A stretch of 64,000 nucleotides of DNA from Myxococcales bacterium (lineage in GTDB: Bacteria > Myxococcota_A > Polyangia > Polyangiales > Polyangiaceae), in contig JAYTOU010000057.1 of the NCBI GenBank assembly GCA_043747615.1, positions 1 through 64,000 of the forward strand, in the 5' to 3' direction. A program made the translations under genes and the position numbers. Below, one piece after another: positions 23,261 to 33,561 of the stretch (positions are counted from its first letter, which is position 1; each line of letters begins with the position of its first letter). Below the pieces are notes generated by a model. That model saw only the letters and a list, made by a program, of their open reading frames with translations, had not been told where the DNA came from and did no database searches.

Positions 23261-24208
23261 TCAGCCTCGGAGAGCCTCTTCGACTAGGGACTTGGTTTCG
23301 GCGAGCTTCCGTTCTTCTTCCGGAGTCCGTTTGCGCCTCGTGGCGGCGGTGGCGAGATCTTTCGCGGAGGGGGTCTCGGATTTTCGCTTGGCGAAGAACC
23401 GCCCGATGAGGCCTTTGATGGGCTCGATCGTGAACATGCCGTCGGCGAGGGCGTCCGGTTGCGAGCGAAGCGCGGCGACGATCTCCGGGTTGGAATCGAC
23501 CCACACCAGAGCCTCGTCGAAGGCCTCTTTCTGGGTGGTCTCCATGTGAGCGCGCGCGCGTGACGGCTTCAGATCGTGCTCGCGAACGAAGAGGGCGACG
23601 GCGACGGCCAGCTCCTCGAGGCCGAGGCACGTGGCCTGGTGCACGCGGACGCCTCCGCACGATTTTCCGTAAACGTAGGCGCCATTCAGAAGCAAGAGAC
23701 CGAAGCCCGTGGCCACGGCGGCGAGCTCCGAAAGCACACCGAGCTCACGCGGGTCGAACTCCTCACCGGCTTCCATAAGGACCATGGCGCCCACGCTGCG
23801 CGCGAGGTTGGTCGTGAGAAGCACGCCGTTGCCTGCGTCGGCCGTGGCGACTTCCACGATATAGCCGTCGTCGAGCTCGACTACGTTGTCGCGTGGACCG
23901 CCGCCGCCGCCGCCGGTGCCGCAAGCCCCAGAGCCGCACGATTTTCCGCCCCCCGCTGCAGTGCCGGCTTCATCGGAAGGTTCGAGAAAACGGATCCCCA
24001 CGCGGAGGTCGTCCGCGATCGGCGCGTAGCCGATCATGCGAGTCAGAAGGCGTGCCACGCTCTCTCCATCCTTCGTGAACGCGTCGGGGAAATGTTCGCC
24101 GCTCGGCTGGAGCAGCTCCGGGGCGCCGATGTCCTCTCCGTACGCCGCCCGCAAATGCGCGTACCGGGAGATGATCGCGCGGATGGCGTCTTCGCTCAGA
24201 TTTTCCAT
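23261..24208 (-). CDS. hypothetical protein with two KSCG motifs
   Basis: 315-aa ORF with plausible composition, convergent on the previous gene with a 3-bp gap. Confidence 0.75.
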   Translation of the reverse strand: MENLSEDAIRAIISRYAHLRAAYGEDIGAPELLQPSGEHFPDAFTKDGESVARLLTRMIGYAPIADDLRVGIRFLEPSDEAGTAAGGGKSCGSGACGTGGGGGGPRDNVVELDDGYIVEVATADAGNGVLLTTNLARSVGAMVLMEAGEEFDPRELGVLSELAAVATGFGLLLLNGAYVYGKSCGGVRVHQATCLGLEELAVAVALFVREHDLKPSRARAHMETTQKEAFDEALVWVDSNPEIVAALRSQPDALADGMFTIEPIKGLIGRFFAKRKSETPSAKDLATAATRRKRTPEEERKLAETKSLVEEALRG

Positions 24209-24239
24209 GTTCCCCGAGTTTAGCTGCTAAACGTCACCC

Positions 24240-25145
24240 GTGCCGCTGGTCCTTGCCACCTTCAACGTCAAAGATCTCTTCGACGCTGCGGACTCGGTTT
24301 CGCGCGCCCACCTCGGCGCCAAGCTCGATTGGCTGGCGGCGAAGGTGCGGGAGCTGGACGCCGACGTGCTCGCGCTGCAAGAGGTGGGATCAGTCGACGT
24401 GCTTCGGGAGCTGTGCTCCAGGCTTCCCGACGGCGGCAGGTACGGCACGCCCCTGCACGGCACGGCCGATGCGCGAGGAATTCGCTGCGCGATTCTCACC
24501 CGCCTTCCCGTCCTCGCCTCGAAGGTTCACACCTCGAACCAGCTCGAGTTTCCCTCTTTCTACGTGGGTGACCCGTCTCCCTTCGGCGCCCGCCTTCCGC
24601 TCCGGCGCGGTGTGCTTCACGCGGAGCTCGACGGCGGTGAGCTTGGCGTCGTGCATGCGCTCGTCATGCACTTCAAGTCCAACCGGCCCGTCCCTCTGCG
24701 GACTCCTTCGGGGGCACCGGTGATCCCGACGTCGGGACGCGAGCGCACGGAAGGGGAGCTGCGGAGCCTCGCGTGGCGCGCCGCCGAAGCGCTTTTCGTT
24801 CGGGGAATCGTGGACGATTTGCTCAAGGACAATCTCGAACGCAACGTAGTCGTGATGGGTGATCTCAATGACGCACCCCAGTCGACGGTGGTGCGGATCG
24901 TCTGCGGGGACGGTCCGACAGCGCTTCGCCCGGCCGCGGAGCAGATCCCTCCGGATGAGCGCTTTAGTCATCTCCACCGCGGCGTCCGGTGCCAGATCGA
25001 TCACCTGCTCCTCTCGTCGTCGCTCTGGGCACGTCTTCGCAGCGCGCGCTTCCTCAACGTCGGTTTGCGCGACCACTCGGCGATCCCCCTCGACCAGCCC
25101 ACTGCCGATTCGGATCACGCGCCGCTCGTGGTCACTCTCGCCTAG
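24240..25145 (+). CDS. endonuclease/exonuclease/phosphatase family protein
   Basis: ATFNV, DVLALQEV, HFKS, MGDLND, IDHLL, SDHAP. Confidence 0.92.
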   Translation: MPLVLATFNVKDLFDAADSVSRAHLGAKLDWLAAKVRELDADVLALQEVGSVDVLRELCSRLPDGGRYGTPLHGTADARGIRCAILTRLPVLASKVHTSNQLEFPSFYVGDPSPFGARLPLRRGVLHAELDGGELGVVHALVMHFKSNRPVPLRTPSGAPVIPTSGRERTEGELRSLAWRAAEALFVRGIVDDLLKDNLERNVVVMGDLNDAPQSTVVRIVCGDGPTALRPAAEQIPPDERFSHLHRGVRCQIDHLLLSSSLWARLRSARFLNVGLRDHSAIPLDQPTADSDHAPLVVTLA

Positions 25146-25168
25146 AAATGGCGTAGTCTCGTCGTCCC

Positions 25169-27199
25169 ATGCCATCGCCGCGGGAATCGAAACCTCCTTC
25201 TCCGCTCCTCGAGCCGATGCTCTCTGCGGCCGCATACCACCGTGCGCGTGGTGAGCTCGACGAAGCGCTCGATGCCTACAAGAAAGCGCTGATGGTTTCG
25301 GAGACCGCGGAGCTGGGGACGCTCGCCACGATCTACGCGCACATCGGGACGGTGAAGCGTCTGCAAGGAAAGTTCCGCGAGGCCGAGCTCAATTTCGAGA
25401 AGGCTCTCGATGCCTCCCCGGGCCATCGTCGCTCGCTCGATGCGCTCTGCGAGATGGCGACGACGGAAAAGGATTTCGCCAAAGTGGCTGCGTTTCGTCG
25501 TCGCATCATCGAGGTGATGGAAGAACCGCTCGAAAAAGCAGACGAGCTGTCGCGTCTGGCGACGACCCTCGCCGACGATCTTCACGATGCCCGGGGCGCT
25601 GCCGAGGCTCTCGAGCTCGCCCGCGAGCTCCGCACCGAAGACCCGGTCATCCTGATGCGCCTGAAGGAGCTGTACAACAAGCTCGAAGCTTGGCCGAAGG
25701 TGATCGATCTCTACGGGGCGCTCTGCATGGAGGCCGACGACGCCAAAGACCGCGCGCTTTGCCGCTTCGCCCAGGCAGAAATTTCCATGGGGAAGTTGAA
25801 CGATGAGCCGCGCGGGCTCGTTCTTCTCGAGGCGGTGCTCGAGGAAGACTCGTCGCATGAAGAGGCGCTCTCGATGCTCGTCGCGCGGAGGACGGCTCGC
25901 CTCGAATGGCGTGAGCTCGAACGCAGGTACGCAAGGCTCATCGACGACAACGCCGAGCGTGGTCGCTCCGATCGCGCTGCCGACTTCTGCACGCGGCTCG
26001 GTAAGCTGCGCCGAACCGAGCTTCACGATCCGGAAGGAGCGATCGAGGCCTTCAGCGGCGCGCTCCGATGCAACCCGCGCGACGTGTCGGTGCGGGCCGA
26101 GCTAGCCGATCTCTTCGCCGCCCAGGGTGAGCGCTCGGCGGCCGTACAAGAGCTGCAGATCGCGGCGGTGTACGCGCCCAGACGCGAGGAGACGTACCGT
26201 CGTCTCTTCGAAATTCACACCCGTGAAGGGCACACCGATCGCGCGTGGCTCGCGGCGATGGCACTCGAGGAGCTCAAGATGGCGGAGCTCGATCACGAGA
26301 TCATCGCCGATCAATACCGCCCGGAGGGTGCGCTTCGCCCGGCGAACGCCCTCGATGACGCCGCGTGGGATTCGTTCATCCGCGCGCCGGGCTCCGACGA
26401 GAGCGTCGCCCAGATCCTCCGCGCCGTCGGTCCCGCAGCCATTCAGGTGAGCGTGCAGGCGCTCGTGGAGGCGAAGAAGCTCAACGAGCTTCCACCCGAG
26501 AGAAAGCAAGACACCGCGGGCACCGCTTCGATCGTGCGTACGTTCGTGTGGGCGAGTCAGGTGCTCGGCGTCGTGCTTCCGGATCTCTACTTGCTCGACG
26601 AAGTGCCTGCCGGCGGAGTCGCTGCCGTCCAGGTGGCCGCGCCCTCTACCGCGCTCGGAAAATCCGTGGTGAGCGGTCTCCCGGTGCAAGACTTGGCGTT
26701 CATCGCTGCGCGCCACCTCACCTACTATCGTCCGGAGCACTACGCGCTCGTTTTCTATCCGACGTTGAACGACCTCACGATCCTTTTTCTCGCCGCCGTA
26801 CGCGTGTCGCTCACGGAGCTCCCCGTTCCGGTGGGCATCGAAGCGGCGGTGCTTGCCCTGCAAAAGCGCATCGAGGCCGTGCTCACGCCCGAGGCTCGGG
26901 ACGCGCTCGCCGACGGCGTTCACCGGTTCGAGCGAGAGGGCGGTCGCGTGGATCTCGCCGGATGGACGCGGAGCGTGGGGCTCACGGCGGTGCGCGCAGG
27001 GCTTGTTCTGTCGGGCGATCTTGCGGTGGCTTCACGGGTGATCCGCCGCGACGATCGCGCGATCTCCGAGCTCAGCAAGGAAGACATGATCGACGACTTG
27101 CTCGCCTATTGCGCTTCCGAAAAGCTTGCCGTGCTTCGCGAGTGGCTGGGGGTCGCGGCGCGGCCTTCCATGCGTCCGCCCATGCTCAGCGAGCCTTGA
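25169..27199 (+). CDS. myxobacterial TPR protein with conserved C-terminal domain
   Basis: Helical repeats (EALDAYKKAL, AELNFEKALDASPGH) and C-terminal RAGLVLSGDL. Confidence 0.85.
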   Translation: MPSPRESKPPSPLLEPMLSAAAYHRARGELDEALDAYKKALMVSETAELGTLATIYAHIGTVKRLQGKFREAELNFEKALDASPGHRRSLDALCEMATTEKDFAKVAAFRRRIIEVMEEPLEKADELSRLATTLADDLHDARGAAEALELARELRTEDPVILMRLKELYNKLEAWPKVIDLYGALCMEADDAKDRALCRFAQAEISMGKLNDEPRGLVLLEAVLEEDSSHEEALSMLVARRTARLEWRELERRYARLIDDNAERGRSDRAADFCTRLGKLRRTELHDPEGAIEAFSGALRCNPRDVSVRAELADLFAAQGERSAAVQELQIAAVYAPRREETYRRLFEIHTREGHTDRAWLAAMALEELKMAELDHEIIADQYRPEGALRPANALDDAAWDSFIRAPGSDESVAQILRAVGPAAIQVSVQALVEAKKLNELPPERKQDTAGTASIVRTFVWASQVLGVVLPDLYLLDEVPAGGVAAVQVAAPSTALGKSVVSGLPVQDLAFIAARHLTYYRPEHYALVFYPTLNDLTILFLAAVRVSLTELPVPVGIEAAVLALQKRIEAVLTPEARDALADGVHRFEREGGRVDLAGWTRSVGLTAVRAGLVLSGDLAVASRVIRRDDRAISELSKEDMIDDLLAYCASEKLAVLREWLGVAARPSMRPPMLSEP

Positions 27200-27202
27200 G
27201 GG

Positions 27203-28156
27203 CTACGCGAGCTTTTGGATCGGTGACGTCATCAGCTCGTGAATGATCGCCTCTGGCGAGCGCGACGAGGTCAAGAGGCTCCCGGCGAGGGCGCGAAAGA
27301 TTGGCGCGGTGACTCCGCGCTCTTCGATCCACGATGCAATGCGGGGGAGGAGATCGACCGCTTCGACGCGCAACTTCGCGACCTTCACCGCCTCCTCCAC
27401 GGTTTTCCCACGGGCGAGCGCCGCGCCGACCAGCACCTCCGGTCGCTCGCTCTGAGAAATCGACGCCAAGAGATCTCCGTACCCGGCGAGCCCGAGGAGC
27501 GTGCGCTCTTGTCCGCCCGCAGCTGCGGCGACGCGCCCTGCTTCTTCGACGCCGCGCGAGATGAGCGCCGCGACGAGCCCCGCGTTGATTCCGAGCTCTT
27601 GTGCGTAGCCGACGCCGATGGCCAAGCAGCCGACGAGCGCGCTCGCCCATTCGAGGCCCGTGAGGTCGGAGGTCGCGTATACGCGAAGGGTCGCTGAGCC
27701 AAAGGCTCTGGTTATGGCCTCGTTCACCTCGGGAAAGTGTGATCCGCACACTAACACGCTCGGCTTTCCGGCGAGGAGATCTTCGGAGAGCACGGGACCA
27801 CCGAGGGCACCGACCCGGCGCGCCGGAGTCTCTTCGCGCAAAACCTGGGAGATGGCGGTGAGCGCTTCGCCCTCGAGGCCACGTACGCCATGGACGAGAA
27901 GGTGGCGGCCGTCGACGACATCGCCGAGACGCTTGGCCACCTCGCGCGCGACCTCCGAGGGCGTGGCCAAAACGATCACCCGGGCTCTCTTTGCCACATC
28001 GGCGAGCTCGGTTAGCTGCTCGACGCCCTTGGGAAGGTGGTCCTTCAAGGGGCGTCTGGAGTGGATGAACGCCGCCGTACCGGTGCGCGTCGCCGCTGCC
28101 GACAACGCCAGACCCCACGCCCCTCCGCCGATCACTGCTACGGACCCCGAGTACAT
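27203..28156 (-). CDS. GpsA-like NAD(P)H glycerol-3-phosphate dehydrogenase homolog with degenerate active site
   Basis: GGGAWGLAL, ALGGP, LRVYATSDLTGLE and GLAGYGDL are present. The usual KG, ALKN and SRN motifs appear as RG, ALVG and ERPE. Confidence 0.8.
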   Translation of the reverse strand: MYSGSVAVIGGGAWGLALSAAATRTGTAAFIHSRRPLKDHLPKGVEQLTELADVAKRARVIVLATPSEVAREVAKRLGDVVDGRHLLVHGVRGLEGEALTAISQVLREETPARRVGALGGPVLSEDLLAGKPSVLVCGSHFPEVNEAITRAFGSATLRVYATSDLTGLEWASALVGCLAIGVGYAQELGINAGLVAALISRGVEEAGRVAAAAGGQERTLLGLAGYGDLLASISQSERPEVLVGAALARGKTVEEAVKVAKLRVEAVDLLPRIASWIEERGVTAPIFRALAGSLLTSSRSPEAIIHELMTSPIQKLA

Positions 28157-28215
28157 TAGACGGGGATAAACCAGATGTGGCGCGGCGGCCATCGAGAGTA
28201 CAGACTCCGCGGCCT

Positions 28216-30162
28216 ATGGACCTCGTGCAGCTCCAAAATCGTGGGAAATCCCCGCGTGAACGCGTGCTCGCAAAGTTCTTGCCCACCACCCGCGAGGAGA
28301 TGGACGCGCGAGGCTGGAGCGAGCTCGACATCCTCATCGTGACGGGGGACGCGTACGTCGATCATCCGGCGTTCGGTCCGATTCTCATCGCTCGCTTCCT
28401 CGAAGGGCGCGGCTTCAAAGTCGGCGTCGTGGCCCAACCCGCGTGGTCGTCGCCGGCAGACATTGCGCGCATGGGGCGGCCGCGGCTTTTCGTCGGCGTG
28501 AGCGCCGGCAACCTCGACTCGATGCTCAACAAGCTGACCGCGCAGAAAAAGATGCGCGCCGAGGATCAATACTCCCCGGGAGGAGCCGCCGACGCACGTC
28601 CTAATCGCGCGACGCTCGTGTACGCGAACCTCTGTCGTCAGGCGTTTCCTGGTCTGCCGGTGGTGATCGGAGGAATCGAAGCCTCTCTGCGGCGCATCGC
28701 GCACTACGACTACTGGTCGAACGAGGTCCGGCGCTCCATCCTGCTCGACGCAAAAGCGGATCTCCTGGTCTTCGGCATGGGCGAGCGTCCGGCCTGGGAA
28801 ATCGCAAAGCGCCTCGACGCGGGGGAGAGCGTCTCGTCCCTCACCGACATTCGCGGCACGGCGCACGTGAAGAAAAATCGGCGCGAGTGGGAGCCTCTCG
28901 TCGTAGACAAGAGCCGTTACGTGACCGACGGGAAGCTCGTCGTCCTCCCTTCGTACGAAGAGGCAAAGGCCGACAAAACAGCCTTCGCGAAGATGAGTCG
29001 GGCCTTTCAGTACGAGACGAATCCGCACAACGGTCGCCCGCTTCTCCAGGTGCATGGCGATCAGGCGGTGTACTTCAACTCGCCTGCCGAACCGCTCACC
29101 GAGGCGGACATGGACGGCCTCTACGATCTGCCGTTCGCGCGCCTTCCGCATCCGACGTACACCGAAGTAATCCCTGCGTACGAGACGGTGAAGGCCTCCA
29201 TCGTCACCATGCGCGGTTGCTTCGGAGGCTGCACGTTCTGCAGCATCACCGAGCACGAGGGCCGCATCATCCAGAGCCGCTCGGAGGGGAGCGTCCTTCG
29301 CGAGGTGCGTCAGCTCTCCCGCATGGAAGGCTTCAAGGGCACGCTCACCGATCTCGGTGGCCCCACCGCAAACATGTACAAGATGACGTGCAAGGACGAC
29401 GAGACGGAGAGCTCCTGCCGCCGCCTCTCCTGTGTTCATCCGGGCATCTGCGAAAACCTCGTGACCGATCACGCGCCGCTCATCCAGCTGATGAAGAAGG
29501 TGCGCGAAGAGGAGGGGATCAAGAAGGTCTACATCGCGAGCGGCGTTCGCTACGATCTTGCCGAGCGGAGTCCGGAGTTCATCAAGGAGCTCGCGCAGCA
29601 TCACACCGGCGGGCAGCTCTCCGTCGCCCCCGAGCACAATAGTGACGACGTGCTCAACAAGATGAAGAAGCCATCGATCAAGAGCTACGAGAGGTTCGCG
29701 CAAGCCTTCTGCCAGGCCAGCGAAGAGGCGGGAAAAGAGCAGTACCTCGTGCCGTACTTCATCACCGGGCACCCGGGCTCGACCCTCGTCGACACCATCG
29801 CTCTCGCGCTCTACCTCAAGGAAAAAAAGATGCGGCCGCGCCAGGTGCAGGATTTCATTCCCACGCCGATGGCCGTCGCTACCACCATGTTTTACACCGG
29901 GCTCGACCCGCTCACGATGAAGCCGGTCTACACCGCGACCGAGCTCCGAGAGAAACGGATGATGAAGGCCCTCATCTTCTACTGGGATCCGGAGCACTGG
30001 CCGCTCGCGCGGGAAGCACTGAAAAAAGCGGGCCGCACGGATCTGATCGGACGCGCCCCAAGCTGCTTGGTGCCGCCCGAGTACGGCATCACCGCGCCGC
30101 GCACGCCCGTGCGCTCAGGAAGCCGACCGAGCTTCGGCGCTCGAAAAAAGCGGCCGAGCTAG
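28216..30162 (+). CDS. ygiQ: YgiQ family radical SAM protein
   Basis: FLPTT, GDAYVDHPAFG, GGIEASLRR, RGCFGGCTFC, DLGGPTANMY, VAPEH, QVQDFIPTP. Confidence 0.95.
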   Translation: MDLVQLQNRGKSPRERVLAKFLPTTREEMDARGWSELDILIVTGDAYVDHPAFGPILIARFLEGRGFKVGVVAQPAWSSPADIARMGRPRLFVGVSAGNLDSMLNKLTAQKKMRAEDQYSPGGAADARPNRATLVYANLCRQAFPGLPVVIGGIEASLRRIAHYDYWSNEVRRSILLDAKADLLVFGMGERPAWEIAKRLDAGESVSSLTDIRGTAHVKKNRREWEPLVVDKSRYVTDGKLVVLPSYEEAKADKTAFAKMSRAFQYETNPHNGRPLLQVHGDQAVYFNSPAEPLTEADMDGLYDLPFARLPHPTYTEVIPAYETVKASIVTMRGCFGGCTFCSITEHEGRIIQSRSEGSVLREVRQLSRMEGFKGTLTDLGGPTANMYKMTCKDDETESSCRRLSCVHPGICENLVTDHAPLIQLMKKVREEEGIKKVYIASGVRYDLAERSPEFIKELAQHHTGGQLSVAPEHNSDDVLNKMKKPSIKSYERFAQAFCQASEEAGKEQYLVPYFITGHPGSTLVDTIALALYLKEKKMRPRQVQDFIPTPMAVATTMFYTGLDPLTMKPVYTATELREKRMMKALIFYWDPEHWPLAREALKKAGRTDLIGRAPSCLVPPEYGITAPRTPVRSGSRPSFGARKKRPS

Positions 30163-30163
30163 C

Positions 30164-31945
30164 TCACTTCGGAGTCGGGGGCACGACGACGGTGTTGATC
30201 GTCGCCACGTTGCCGCCCGCCGGATAAGCGTACGACGCGGCGTTGGCGAGCCCCCACACCACGAGCCCAAAGGGGCCGGTGCTGGAAGCGGTGTGCGGCC
30301 CGGTGTCGCACGCTCCGTTCTTCACGCTGTTTCGTTCGAGATCGACGTTCGTGATCTCGTATTTGCCGCTCGTGCCCATGGGCTTCCATCCGGTGAGTGT
30401 CCCCGCGCAATCGAGCTTCACGTCCTGGAATCCCTTCGGGGTCTTGGTGCGCGTGAAGACCAGGTTCGTCGTCGTGTAGCTCGGGTCGGTGAAGAACACG
30501 TAGCTCGAGAGATACTGGGCGGGCGCGACGACGTTGACAAACTCTTCGTCGCCGTCGCTGCCGGGCGCGTCCTTCACCGTGCAGCCCGTCATGGCCTGCC
30601 CGACGTAGAACGGGTGATTGTTGTCCTGGCTCTTGATGACGAACGGGCCCGTCGCCTCGAAGTCGACCATCTGGCCTTGCTTCAGCGTCGGCGGTGCTCC
30701 GCTCACCGCCGGATCGTAGGTGAGGGTCGTGCCATCGACCGAGCCCACGATGCGGTAAGGAATCGACTCTTCGAGACCTCCCGAGCGCCGCGTCGCGAAC
30801 GGCGGCACGGCGTACTCCGAGCCGAGCGCCGAAACAGGCGGAATTTGCTGGTGTACCGAGTCGCATCCGCCGCTCGTCGTGGTGGACGAGTTGAGGCACG
30901 AGTAGGCGTTGCCGCCCATGAAGGCCACGGGCTTGTCGCTGGAGACGACGCTGCCGCTCATTTCGAGACCGCCAGCCTGCCACTGCACGAGCTCACCGGC
31001 GTTGAGCGTGTACGTCGTCACCGCGCCGAGCGGCGCAGCAGCAACCCCGGTACCGGAGGGGAGCGCCACCGTCGGCACCATCTTCACGGTGGTGTTGTCG
31101 CTCATGGCGAGGACCTGTCCCCACTGAGGACCGTTACCAAACGCGTTCGAACGGTTCCCCGGCTGCGGTACGACGGCCACGTAGTTCTTTCCCCACGCGG
31201 ACGTCGGCAGGAGGAGCTCGCCACTCGGGAGGACCGAGGGAGCGCCTCCGTACGGAAGAACGTCGTAGTTGGTGACCGGGATGCTCGTCGAGATGTGCCA
31301 CGCTTTGCCGAGGCCGGTGCCGACGACCGCGGTGCCTTGCGCGAGCGCCGGCGCGATCGGGCATTGGTACGGCGCAGTTGGATCGGCAGAAAGAAAAAGA
31401 ACGGCCACCTTGCCCGGGGGCACGCCTGTCGCAGGCACCGGAGCCCAGCTCGTCGGCGCCGTTCCTTGGGCTGCGATGCGCCCGAACATGGTGACGTCGT
31501 AGGTCATTCCATCGCGCGCGACCGTGATGACGGAGTCTTTCGTCCAGTCGTTCGTGACGAACACGGAGAAGCAGGGAGCGGTCTGGCCCGCGTAGAACGA
31601 AGGCGTGGCGATCATGAAGTCGCAGCCGACCGAGCCGTGATCGAGCGCCGCTGCGGCGCATGCGGGCATGCATTTGCCTGATGCACAGCCTTGATCGGGC
31701 GGGCACTTCATGACGACGTTGCCGCCATTGTCGGTGACGCTTTGGAGATCCGGGCTGCACCCTGGTCCGGCCGCTCCTCCGTCGGGTCCGCCGTCGCCGA
31801 AGAGGATGACGGGGCCGCCTTCCGCGAGGTCGGTTCCGCCGTCGCTGTCCGCCGGCATGTCGAAACCGCTGTGTCTGCTGCTGCCGCAACCGATGAGCGT
31901 TGACGTCAGGATCGCGAGGACGGCCCAGGTTTGGCGGTGAATCAT
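30164..31945 (-). CDS. IgGFc-binding-protein-like lipoprotein
   Basis: Lipobox LIGC, SVGCDF, LLLPTSAWGKNY, QQIPPVSALGSEY, C-terminal SYAYPAG. Confidence 0.8.
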   Translation of the reverse strand: MIHRQTWAVLAILTSTLIGCGSSRHSGFDMPADSDGGTDLAEGGPVILFGDGGPDGGAAGPGCSPDLQSVTDNGGNVVMKCPPDQGCASGKCMPACAAAALDHGSVGCDFMIATPSFYAGQTAPCFSVFVTNDWTKDSVITVARDGMTYDVTMFGRIAAQGTAPTSWAPVPATGVPPGKVAVLFLSADPTAPYQCPIAPALAQGTAVVGTGLGKAWHISTSIPVTNYDVLPYGGAPSVLPSGELLLPTSAWGKNYVAVVPQPGNRSNAFGNGPQWGQVLAMSDNTTVKMVPTVALPSGTGVAAAPLGAVTTYTLNAGELVQWQAGGLEMSGSVVSSDKPVAFMGGNAYSCLNSSTTTSGGCDSVHQQIPPVSALGSEYAVPPFATRRSGGLEESIPYRIVGSVDGTTLTYDPAVSGAPPTLKQGQMVDFEATGPFVIKSQDNNHPFYVGQAMTGCTVKDAPGSDGDEEFVNVVAPAQYLSSYVFFTDPSYTTTNLVFTRTKTPKGFQDVKLDCAGTLTGWKPMGTSGKYEITNVDLERNSVKNGACDTGPHTASSTGPFGLVVWGLANAASYAYPAGGNVATINTVVVPPTPK

Positions 31946-32014
31946 GTGCCCCGCATGGTAGCTCGTTTTCCCGCGTGTACGAGCGCTTCGGATCGAAAGG
32001 TCGTGACGTCTCCG

Positions 32015-33529
32015 CTATTTGACCAGATGCGTGTCGCGGCCGAGGGCGTGCTCAAGGCGGACACGAGCGGTGCGTGCATCCACGGAAGCGTTGAGCGCGT
32101 CGAGACGGGCGCGCGTGAGATCCGTTTCGGAGTCGGTCAACGTCGTCGCCGTGGCGCGGCCGTTGTTGAAGAGCTCACGGGCAACACGGTAGGCCTCCGT
32201 TGCGCTCACGAGCTCGCGGGCCGTGGATGAGATCGCGAAATCGGCCTCTTTTACCGCTTGAAAAGCCTGCAGGATCTCGATCGCGATGCTGTCGCGGACC
32301 ACCGCTTTCTGCGCTTCGAGGGTCGCCGCTCGCGACTCTGCATCGGCCGCGCCGGGCCCTGCGACGAGGAAGTCGTTCGGTGACCAAATCGCTTGCACGC
32401 CGATGTCCCAGGTCGGAAAAAATTTCGCGGTGGTTGGGAAAAAACGGATGTTGGGGTTCGCATAGATCGCGTCTGCGAAACCCGAGACGACCGGGTACTT
32501 TCCGGCGCGCGCCACCTTGGCTTGCTCGCGTGCCGCGTCGGCGTTCGCGTCGATGCTCTTCACCTCGAAGCGCGCGGAGTGGGCCTCGCTGGTTAGTTGG
32601 TTGAGATTCCCGGCGAAGGCCGCGGGGGGGGTATCGAGCCCCTCGCCAGGGACGAGCGCTTCGTCGTCCTTCGCGTGCATGGCGATGCGCACCTGCATTT
32701 CCGTGAGGTCCGCCAGGTTCTTCGAGCGTTCGACCTGGAGCTCGGCGGAGGCCTGGGCAGTCTCCGCGCGCAGGACGTCGGCCCGCGACGCGTTGCCCAC
32801 CGAGAACTGATTTTTCGCGTCGTTGAGGTGATTTTTCTGATCGTTCAGCGCCTGGACGGCCACGACCATCGCGGAGCGGGCGCGCAGCCACGTGTAGTAT
32901 GCAACCTTTCCGTCGGCCGCTGAGCGCGCGCGCGCCGTCACCGCATCGTAGCGGGCAGCGTCGCGAGAGTTGGTGACCGACGTGTAGTTCTGATTGATGC
33001 GCAGAAGGTAATCGCTGATCGGAACGACGATGTTCGCCTGGAGCAAGTATTGCTCGGTGATAACGGGCGAAAGCGCGCTGCCCGGGATCTGCATCGTCGA
33101 ACCCGGAAGGGTGAACGACGGCGGCGTAAAATTGCTCAAATGGGCGTAGCGCGCCGTGGCCGTGAGCCGGGGGAGAAACGAGGCCCATGCTGCGTCGACC
33201 CGCGCCGCCGCTCCGCGGAGAGACTCGTCTGCCGCCTGTCCGGAATAGCTCGTCGCCGCCGCGCGCGTGCCAACCTGCTCTGCGGTGAGACCCGAGGGCG
33301 AGATGCGCAGCAGCTCCGTGGGCACGGGAGCGACGTCCCCCGGCTGAGGACCGGCAGGAGCGACAGGTGGAGCGGGCGGGGCGACCGTTGATGGCCGCGC
33401 GGGACGGGGCCGAGCGCCTTGGGCGTGGGCGGACGATGCTTGCGCAATGCTTGCTGAGAGCACGCCGGCCACCAGAGCGAGTCGCCTTCCGGGGAAAGAC
33501 TGTGTCGTCGAGGTGCGGATCATTTCCAC
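32015..33529 (-). CDS. TolC family outer-membrane efflux protein
   Basis: Signal peptide and two OEP repeats (FLPRL, GNASRADVLRA, YPVVS, GRATATTLTDSE..RLEHALG). Confidence 0.88.
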   Translation of the reverse strand: MEMIRTSTTQSFPGRRLALVAGVLSASIAQASSAHAQGARPRPARPSTVAPPAPPVAPAGPQPGDVAPVPTELLRISPSGLTAEQVGTRAAATSYSGQAADESLRGAAARVDAAWASFLPRLTATARYAHLSNFTPPSFTLPGSTMQIPGSALSPVITEQYLLQANIVVPISDYLLRINQNYTSVTNSRDAARYDAVTARARSAADGKVAYYTWLRARSAMVVAVQALNDQKNHLNDAKNQFSVGNASRADVLRAETAQASAELQVERSKNLADLTEMQVRIAMHAKDDEALVPGEGLDTPPAAFAGNLNQLTSEAHSARFEVKSIDANADAAREQAKVARAGKYPVVSGFADAIYANPNIRFFPTTAKFFPTWDIGVQAIWSPNDFLVAGPGAADAESRAATLEAQKAVVRDSIAIEILQAFQAVKEADFAISSTARELVSATEAYRVARELFNNGRATATTLTDSETDLTRARLDALNASVDARTARVRLEHALGRDTHLVK

Positions 33530-33561
33530 CGCATATAATCACTCTTCCACGCGAAGTCGCC

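Noticed and set aside
28156..29997. 613-aa minus-strand ORF
   Set aside because: Antisense shadow of ygiQ.
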